NCBI GenBank assembly: GCA_963774075.1
Contig: CAVZDP010000001.1
Span: 108,572 to 172,571, forward strand
DNA length: 64,000 bases
Source: an uncultured Solirubrobacterales bacterium
GTDB taxonomy: Bacteria > Actinomycetota > Thermoleophilia > Solirubrobacterales > JBBDJG01
Direction of reading: 5' to 3'
Of the stretch, positions 58,018 to 64,000 are shown in pieces (the stretch's first letter is position 1; every line of letters begins with the position of its first letter). The position numbers and the translations under genes are program-made. The notes beneath the pieces were generated by a model. That model ran no database searches. It was not told the origin of the DNA and saw only the letters and a program-made list of their open reading frames with translations.

Positions 58018-59547
58018 ATGGCGATCGACACCAAGACAAGCGCCGAGGTCAAGCACTTCAAGAACTACATCGGCGGAGAGTGGGTGGATGCCGCCTCGGG
58101 CGAGACGTTCGAGGTCATCAACCCCGCGACGGAGGAGACGATCGCCACCGTGCCGAAGGGCGGCCGGGAGGACGCGCAGCGCGCGATCGCGGCCGCGCGC
58201 GAGGCCTTCGACTCGGGCGTGTGGAGCGGGATCGATCCGGAGGAGCGCAAGCGCATCATGCTCTCGCTGCTCGAGCGCCTGACCGAGGCCGAGGACGAGC
58301 TCGCGACGCTCGAGACGATGCAGGCGGGGATGACGATCCGCGCCACCAGCACGGTGGTGATCGGCTACTGCATCAACCACTGGGACTACTTCGCCCGCCA
58401 GGCGACGCGCCCGACTCAGGAGCCGCTGGAGCCGGTGACGTACCCCACCCACTCCTACAACTTCGTCCTGCGCGAGCCGGTCGGCGTCTGCGCCGGCATC
58501 ATCCCCTGGAACTTCCCGCTCGTGATGGCGGTCTGGAAGCTGGCGCCGGCACTGGCGATGGGCAACACGTGCGTGCTGAAGCCGGCCTCCAACACGCCCC
58601 TGACGGCGCTCAAGCTGGCCGAGCTCATCGACGACACCGACATGCCGAAGGGCGTCGTCAACGTCATCACCGGCAGCGGCGCCGGCGTCGGCGAGGAGCT
58701 CGCCTCGCACCCGAGCGTCGACAAGGTCGCCTTCACCGGCTCCACGGTCGTGGGGCGCCGCATCATGCAGCTCGCCTCGAGCACGATCAAGCGGGTCACC
58801 CTCGAGCTGGGCGGGAAGTCGCCGAACATAGTGTTCGACGACGCCGACATGGAGCAGGCTGTCGATGGAGCGCTCTGGGCGACGTTCTTCCACCAGGGCC
58901 AGGTGTGCGAGTCCGGGACGCGGCTGCTGCTCCACGAGTCGATTCACGACGAGTTCGTCGAGCGCCTCGTCGAGCGGGCGCGGCAGATCAAGGTCGGCGA
59001 CCCGATGGACTACGAGTCGGATATGGGACCGCTCGTGTCCGAGGCACAGCGAGAGACCGTCGAGAACTACGTGCGGATCGGCAAGGAGGAGGGGGCGAAG
59101 CTCGTCCTCGGCGGCAACCGTCCCGAAGGGAACGGCTTCGACCGCGGCTACTGGTTCGAGCCGACGATCTTCACCGACGTCGACAACTCGATGACGATCG
59201 CGCAGGAGGAGATCTTCGGCCCCGTTCTGTCGGTTATCAAGTACAAGGACGACGACGACGCGATCCGGATCGGTAACGACACGATGTACGGCCTCGCCGC
59301 CGGCGTTTGGTCGAAGGACCCCGACCGTTGCCTCACGACGGCCAAGCGCCTACGTGCGGGCACGGTGTGGATCAACGACTTCCACCTGATCAACTGCGTC
59401 GCTCCGTTCGGGGGCTTCAAGCAGTCGGGAATCGGTCGGGAGCTTGGGCGCTACGGGCTCGACGTCTACACCGAGGTGAAGCACGTGCACTGGGACCTGG
59501 GAACGCCGAGCGAGATGAGGCTCTCAGGCGTGCTGCTGTCGCAGTAG
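58018..59547 (+). CDS. NAD(P)-dependent aldehyde dehydrogenase
   Basis: 509 aa; ..FTGSTVVGRRIM.., ..ELGGKSP.., ..GQVCESGTR.. (catalytic Cys). Confidence 0.95.
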   Translation: MAIDTKTSAEVKHFKNYIGGEWVDAASGETFEVINPATEETIATVPKGGREDAQRAIAAAREAFDSGVWSGIDPEERKRIMLSLLERLTEAEDELATLETMQAGMTIRATSTVVIGYCINHWDYFARQATRPTQEPLEPVTYPTHSYNFVLREPVGVCAGIIPWNFPLVMAVWKLAPALAMGNTCVLKPASNTPLTALKLAELIDDTDMPKGVVNVITGSGAGVGEELASHPSVDKVAFTGSTVVGRRIMQLASSTIKRVTLELGGKSPNIVFDDADMEQAVDGALWATFFHQGQVCESGTRLLLHESIHDEFVERLVERARQIKVGDPMDYESDMGPLVSEAQRETVENYVRIGKEEGAKLVLGGNRPEGNGFDRGYWFEPTIFTDVDNSMTIAQEEIFGPVLSVIKYKDDDDAIRIGNDTMYGLAAGVWSKDPDRCLTTAKRLRAGTVWINDFHLINCVAPFGGFKQSGIGRELGRYGLDVYTEVKHVHWDLGTPSEMRLSGVLLSQ

Positions 59548-59562
59548 GCGGTCGCTCTAGCT

Positions 59563-60540
59563 CTAGGCTCTGCCGCGCTCGCGCCGGCGGGCGCGCTCGC
59601 GCTTTGCGATCTTGCGAAACCGCCGCATGTTGCGCGCGTGGAGGCGGTAGCGCGACAGCATCGAGCCGGGCGGTAGCTCGAGGCCGCCGACGAGCTGTCT
59701 CGGGACCAGCGCCCAGCCTCCGTCGTCGGGTACGAGGTCGCCGCGCACCTGGAAGTTGATCTGCCACTCGAAGTCGGGGTGGTGGTCGTGCGCGGTCAGG
59801 CAGGCACGTTCCGTCGCGAGCGGGACGCCGACGGGCTGCTCGGGGATCCTGATCCGGCCCGCTGGCTCGTCCGGCTCGATCGCGACACGCGCCGACATCG
59901 GGAAGCCGTCCGGGGCCGCGAGCGACAGCACGGCGGTGGGGTAGCGCCGGCCAAGCTCGTTCAGGCGATCGTCCCAAGGGCTGGGGCCGCCCACCACCTC
60001 GGCCGGAGGAACGGGTGGTTCCTGCGCGTGCTGCGAGCGCACCTCCTCCATGTGACAGTCGTAGAGCTGCGGCTCGCGCAGGAAGTCCCCTTCCGGCCAC
60101 ACGAAGACCCGTTCCGGCCGCACGTGCACGTAGATGCGGGTGTAGTACCAGTCGAGCAGGCGCTGAATCGGCTTCGGAGGGTTCATGCCCTTCGTGGCGG
60201 GCAGCTTTTCGATGCTCTCCCTGCCGTAGCGCTCGCGGTTCGCCTCGAGGTCCTCGTCGTCCACGACCGCTGTGCCCTGGACGAGCACAGCGGGCGGCCG
60301 CTCCATCCGCGACCCCTTTGGATCGGAGAAGAGGAGCGAGACGTGTGGATTGCGGCGCGCGTCCTCGGCCTTCTTGGGGTAACCGAGGGCCGTGGTGACG
60401 TCGATGTGAGGCCCGCCGGGCGAGTAGTAGGGCGTGACCGGCCACGTGATCGGCTGGCCGTCAGCGTCGATCGTCGTGTACTCGGTGGTGATGAATCGTT
60501 GAAAGACGCCCTGGACGTCCTCGGGCAGGCTTCGCGTCAT
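59563..60540 (-). CDS. Pyridoxamine 5'-phosphate oxidase-like (split-barrel FMN/F420-binding) family protein, two-domain
   Basis: ATG at 60540 (MTRSLPEDVQGVF..). General PNPOx-like pattern (..TTIDADGQPITWPV...; ..HVSLLFSDP..). Family assignment is moderate. Confidence 0.55.
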   Translation of the reverse strand: MTRSLPEDVQGVFQRFITTEYTTIDADGQPITWPVTPYYSPGGPHIDVTTALGYPKKAEDARRNPHVSLLFSDPKGSRMERPPAVLVQGTAVVDDEDLEANRERYGRESIEKLPATKGMNPPKPIQRLLDWYYTRIYVHVRPERVFVWPEGDFLREPQLYDCHMEEVRSQHAQEPPVPPAEVVGGPSPWDDRLNELGRRYPTAVLSLAAPDGFPMSARVAIEPDEPAGRIRIPEQPVGVPLATERACLTAHDHHPDFEWQINFQVRGDLVPDDGGWALVPRQLVGGLELPPGSMLSRYRLHARNMRRFRKIAKRERARRRERGRA

Positions 60541-60577
60541 GAGCGAAAAGTACCGCTCCTGCTGGGATACTGAAAGC

Positions 60578-60928
60578 GTGACGGATCCCACCGGCAGCGC
60601 GCTTCCGACCATCGTCCTGACGGAGGCCGCGCGCGAGGTGCTGGAGCGAGTGCGCGAGGAGCGGACTGGCGCGCTCGCGCTCGTGATAGGGAACGGCTGC
60701 TGCGACTCGACCGCTCCCTACCTGTTCGCCGACTACGTCGCGGGGCCGAACGAGCGCAGGCTGAGCGACGTGGAGGGACTGCCGGTGTTCCTCGACGAGA
60801 CCCTCGGGCGCTCGTTCGAAGGCACGGAGGTCGTGGTGGACGCGCGCGACGATCCTCAGCCCGACAGCTTCTCCTGCGAGGCCGAGCTCGGCTACCGGCT
60901 GGTTCTAGAGCGGATGCCGGCAGCCTGA
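60578..60928 (+). CDS. DUF779-like protein (aldehyde-dehydrogenase-associated small protein)
   Basis: ..LALVIGNGCCDSTAPYLF.. resembles the GGCCD motif of DUF779. GTG at 60578 is preferred, because the track ATG at 60539 would overlap the divergent start codon. Confidence 0.55.
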   Translation: MTDPTGSALPTIVLTEAAREVLERVREERTGALALVIGNGCCDSTAPYLFADYVAGPNERRLSDVEGLPVFLDETLGRSFEGTEVVVDARDDPQPDSFSCEAELGYRLVLERMPAA

Positions 60929-60947
60929 CTGGGCGCGGGCCTCACGC

Positions 60948-61589
60948 TCAGTCGTCCCCGGCGTAGCCGGGCTCCCACGGCAAGACGATGCGAGGCTCGT
61001 TGTCGCGGATGACGATGCGCGGCAGCACCGGCTCGGTCGGATTCCAATGGCTTGCGGTGAGCGCCTCCTCCGCGGACGCGAACTTGCGCAGCACCTCGAG
61101 CTGCTTGATCGTCGGGAACACGAGCTCGATCTCGCCGGCGGCGTGCCGGTCCAGGGCGACCTGCGGGGCCAGCCACGAAACCTCGACGATCTCGCTGCCG
61201 TCGGGCTCGGGCGAGGAGTGGGGGGGCGCGAGAGCGAGGTAAAAGCGCGTGTCGTAGCGCACCTTCACCTCCTCCGGAGTCACCCAGCGCGAGAAGGGGA
61301 CGAGCGAGCCAGGGTCCTCGATCCGGATCGCGACCTCTTCCTCCAACTCTCGAAGGCCGGCGACCCGGAACTCCTCGTCGCCGGGCTCGTCTCCCGGCTC
61401 GCCGTCGAGCGCGCCGCCGGGGAAGACCCAGACGTTCGCCATGAACCTGGCGGCCCCGGTGCGCTTGCCCATCAGCACCTGGAGGCCCCTGGACTCGTGC
61501 TTTCCGCCGCGCCGGAGCAGGATCACCGCCGCGGCCGGCCTCGCTGCGGTGGGACCGGCAGGGTTCAGGTCTTCGATTCGCTCGTTCAC
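60948..61589 (-). CDS. NUDIX hydrolase
   Basis: GTG start; Nudix box [31 protein letters not shown]. Confidence 0.85.
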   Translation of the reverse strand: MNERIEDLNPAGPTAARPAAAVILLRRGGKHESRGLQVLMGKRTGAARFMANVWVFPGGALDGEPGDEPGDEEFRVAGLRELEEEVAIRIEDPGSLVPFSRWVTPEEVKVRYDTRFYLALAPPHSSPEPDGSEIVEVSWLAPQVALDRHAAGEIELVFPTIKQLEVLRKFASAEEALTASHWNPTEPVLPRIVIRDNEPRIVLPWEPGYAGDD

Positions 61590-61636
61590 GGCGTAGATCC
61601 CTACACGGAACCTATCGCCCGCTAAGGTTCCGGGCC

Positions 61637-61816
61637 ATGGTCGAAGCGACCGTCCAGAGGTACATATGCACGTCCTGCGGGTTCATCTACGACCCGGCCG
61701 AGGGCGACCCCGACGGCGGCATCCCGCCTGGCACGGCGTTCGAGGAGATCCCCGCCGACTGGTTCTGCCCGGTCTGCGGCGCGCGCAAGAGGGATTTTGA
61801 GGTATATGAGGACTAG
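61637..61816 (+). CDS. Rubredoxin
   Basis: 59 aa, below the track cutoff. Own translation: [59 protein letters not shown] (CxxC...CPxCG). Confidence 0.93.
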   Translation: MVEATVQRYICTSCGFIYDPAEGDPDGGIPPGTAFEEIPADWFCPVCGARKRDFEVYED

Positions 61817-61894
61817 AGACCGCGTAGCCGCCGAAGGCGGCGCAGCGGGCTCACAGGACTTTAGGTGTCCGGCGAAGCCGGCTCGATATTCCGC
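61815..61894 (+). repeat. Single copy of the 81-nt GTAG-hairpin element
   Basis: AGAGA-CCGC-GTAG-CCGCC-gaa-GGCGGC-GCA-GCGG-GCTCACAGGACTTTAGGTGT-CCGGC-gaa-GCCGG-CTCGATATTCCG. It begins inside the rubredoxin TAG. Confidence 0.9.
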
Positions 61895-61918
61895 GTAACG
61901 GATACGGCCGAATAGCGA

Positions 61919-63232
61919 TTAGGCCGCTGCAGCGAGGGGTTGCCGCGTCGCGGTCGCCGCGGCGATCGAATCGGCCGTGATCTCGACAAGCTCTTCGAGC
62001 TCGTCCGCCTCGATCGCGAGGGGCGGCATCAGTACCACGACATCACCGAGCGGGCGTACGATGGCGCCTCTGCTCCTCGCCTCGAGCGTCACCTGGTGGC
62101 CCATCCTCGCCTCTGGCGGGTAGCCGCTCCGGAGAGACGGGTCGGCGGCCAGCTCGATTCCGCACATGAAGCCGACGCGGCGTACCTCCGCCACGTGCGG
62201 CAGCGGCTCGACCAAGTGCTCGAGAAGCTGCGTCAGCAGAGCGATCTTGGGGACGAGTCGCTCCAGCGTGAGCTCACGCTCGAAGACGTCAAGCGTCGCG
62301 ATCGCCGCCACGCAGGCGAGGGGGTTGCCCGTGTACGTGTGGCCGTGGAAGAACGTGCGCAGCTCTTCGTGGTCGCCGAGGAACGCGTCGTGGACGCGCT
62401 CGCTCGCAAGCGTCGCCGCCAGCGGCAGGTAGCCGCCCGTCAGCCCCTTGGCGAGGCAGAGCAGGTCGGGTACGACATCCTCGTGCTCGCAAGCGAACAT
62501 GCGACCGGTGCGGCCCAGGCCGGTCGCCACCTCGTCGCAGATGAGAAGCACGCCGTGGCGATCGCACAGCTCGCGCACCGCGCGCAGATAGCCCGGCGGC
62601 TGAACGAGCATGCCGGCCGCGCCCTGGACCAGCGGCTCGACCACGACCGCCGCGATCTCGTCGTCGTGCGCGGCGAGAGTGCGCTCGAGCGCGCCGGCGT
62701 CGCCCGCGGGAACGCGGAAGGAGTCGAACAGCAGCGGGCGGTAGAGCGAGTGGAAGAGGTCGATGCCACCGACCGACACGGAGCCGACGGTGTCGCCGTG
62801 GTAAGCGTTCTCGAGGCTCACGAAGCGCGTGCGCGACGGCCGTGCGCCGCTCGCCTGCTGCCAGTACTGGAAGGCCATCTTGAGCGCGATCTCGACCGCT
62901 GTCGAGCCGCTGTCCGAGTAGAAGACGCGGCGAAGGGACGCCGGCGCCAGCTCAACCAGGCGGCGCGCCAGCTCCTCAGCGGGCTCGTGCGTCAACCCAA
63001 GCATCGTCGTGTGCGCGACCCGGTCGAGCTGCGCGCGTACCGCCGCGTCGAGTGCCGGATGGCGGTGGCCGTGCACGTTGCACCAGAGCGAGGAGATGCC
63101 GTCGATGTAGCGCCGCCCTGCCGTGTCCGTCAGCCAGACGCCCTGGGCGCTCGCGATCGACGGCGCCCTCTCGCCCTCCCAGCTGCGCATCTGCGTGAAC
63201 GGATGCCAGAGGAAGCTGGGTCGGGCGTGCAC
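61919..63232 (-). CDS. bioA: Adenosylmethionine-8-amino-7-oxononanoate aminotransferase
   Basis: ..LWHPFTQM......P.I..A.GVWL.D..GRRYIDGISSLWCNVHGH.HP.L..A..; PLP-Lys region ..CLAKGLTGGYLPL.. The start is uncertain (GTG 63232 preferred; the longest ORF reaches 63316). Confidence 0.9.
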   Translation of the reverse strand: MHARPSFLWHPFTQMRSWEGERAPSIASAQGVWLTDTAGRRYIDGISSLWCNVHGHRHPALDAAVRAQLDRVAHTTMLGLTHEPAEELARRLVELAPASLRRVFYSDSGSTAVEIALKMAFQYWQQASGARPSRTRFVSLENAYHGDTVGSVSVGGIDLFHSLYRPLLFDSFRVPAGDAGALERTLAAHDDEIAAVVVEPLVQGAAGMLVQPPGYLRAVRELCDRHGVLLICDEVATGLGRTGRMFACEHEDVVPDLLCLAKGLTGGYLPLAATLASERVHDAFLGDHEELRTFFHGHTYTGNPLACVAAIATLDVFERELTLERLVPKIALLTQLLEHLVEPLPHVAEVRRVGFMCGIELAADPSLRSGYPPEARMGHQVTLEARSRGAIVRPLGDVVVLMPPLAIEADELEELVEITADSIAAATATRQPLAAAA

Positions 63233-63279
63233 GGGCGGCGATGCTAGTCCGGCGCCAGGTCGGAAGCGGATGCGACGAT

Positions 63280-64000
63280 ATGGCCGTGAACCGAGCGACG
63301 CGCGAGCTCCCGCCACTGGAGCTCCTGGTGTTCGTGGTGGGCGCCGCGTCGCTGGGCGCGGAGATCGCCGCGGCCCGCCTGATGGCGCCCTTCTTCGGCG
63401 CCTCGACGATCGTGTGGGCGAACACGATCGGCGTCGTGCTCGTGGCCCTCTCGGTCGGCTACTGGCTGGGAGGGCGCTTCGCCGACCGCCATCCTCACCG
63501 CCGCGGCCTCTGCACGCTGGTCCTGATCGCGTCGCTTGCGGTGGGCCTCATTCCGTTCGTCGCAGACCCGTTCCTGGACGTTTCGGTGGAGGCGCTCGAC
63601 AAGGTCTCCGCCGGGGCGTTCATCGGCTCGCTTGCCGCGGTGCTCGTGCTGGTGGCCCCCCCGGTGATGCTGCTCGGGGCGGCGTCTCCCTACGCGATCA
63701 GGCTCGCGGTCCGGAGCGTCGAGGAGAGCGGCACGGTCGCCGGGCGCATGTACGCGATCTCGACCTTCGGCAGCCTGGTCGGGACCTTCGCGTCCGCGCT
63801 CCTGCTGATACCGCTTCTCGGCACCAGGAGAACGTTCCTCACCTTCGCGCTCGTGTGTGCGCTCGTGGCGGTGGTGGGCGTTCCACGACGGCGCGGCGCG
63901 CTCGTGCCGGCGGCCCTGGCCTTGCTGCTCGTCCTCCCCGTGGGGACGATCAAGGCGTCGGACGACGCGAAGGTGCTGGAGGAGATCGAGACGCAGTACC
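63280..64000 (+). CDS. Polytopic membrane domain of a fused membrane/spermidine-synthase-like protein, N-terminal part (runs off the right edge)
   Basis: Open-ended frame absent from the ORF track. Own translation from ATG 63280: MAVNRATRELPPLELLVFVVGAASLGAEIAAARLMAPFFGASTIVWANTIGVVLVALSVGYWLGGRFADR...GRMYAISTFGSLVGTFASALLLIPLLGTRRTF...VLEEIETQY. The pattern is typical of membrane-anchored polyamine aminopropyltransferase-like proteins. An in-frame ATG at 63241 is an alternative start. Confidence 0.6.
   Translation, partial: MAVNRATRELPPLELLVFVVGAASLGAEIAAARLMAPFFGASTIVWANTIGVVLVALSVGYWLGGRFADRHPHRRGLCTLVLIASLAVGLIPFVADPFLDVSVEALDKVSAGAFIGSLAAVLVLVAPPVMLLGAASPYAIRLAVRSVEESGTVAGRMYAISTFGSLVGTFASALLLIPLLGTRRTFLTFALVCALVAVVGVPRRRGALVPAALALLLVLPVGTIKASDDAKVLEEIETQY

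Overview
High-GC bacterial chromosome segment. GC content, frequent GTG/TTG starts and gene order suggest a deep-branching Actinomycetota-like lineage, but this is inference only. About 60% of the window is the translation/transcription supercluster: rplJ-rplL-rpoB-rpoC, rpsL-rpsG, fusA-tuf, the S10/spc/alpha operons (rpsJ through rplQ, including secY-adk-map and rpmJ), then truA-surE-ligA. The right third (39.8-64 kb) holds accessory and metabolic genes: a LuxR-HTH/PBP4 fusion, an R2-like diiron protein, a patatin-like lipase, an acyl-CoA ligase, tRNA-Pro(CGG), a cyclase-P450-TetR operon, SOD, GH2, a thiolase/SCP2/ALDH group, rubredoxin, bioA and others. Two partial genes missing from the ORF track run off the window edges: an ECF sigma factor (1-377, minus) and a membrane/spermidine-synthase-like gene (63280-64000, plus). 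Most noteworthy findings: (1) An 81-nt GTAG-hairpin element family occurs as two head-to-tail arrays (35812-36054, 47200-47472) and three single or partial copies. It has compensatory stem changes between copies, and every copy is oriented like the gene on its 5' side. (2) Two ~165-bp elements with long terminal inverted repeats and a shared core sit exactly on stop/start junctions inside ribosomal-protein operons (rplV|rpsC, adk|map). A short hairpin version lies at rpsE|rpmD, and a CGAGAAGGAC initiation cassette recurs three times. (3) One 601-aa ORF fuses a degenerate receiver, a LuxR HTH, a TM segment and a PBP4/DacB domain. (4) surE can keep its catalytic N-terminus only with a CTG start. 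(5) The str operon is split by a decayed MFS gene, and a strong orphan terminator lies just upstream of fusA. (6) Several ribosomal proteins carry long acidic (PAEE-type) or basic low-complexity extensions. (7) infA is absent from its usual place. No CRISPR array, rRNA, transposase or integrase was seen.
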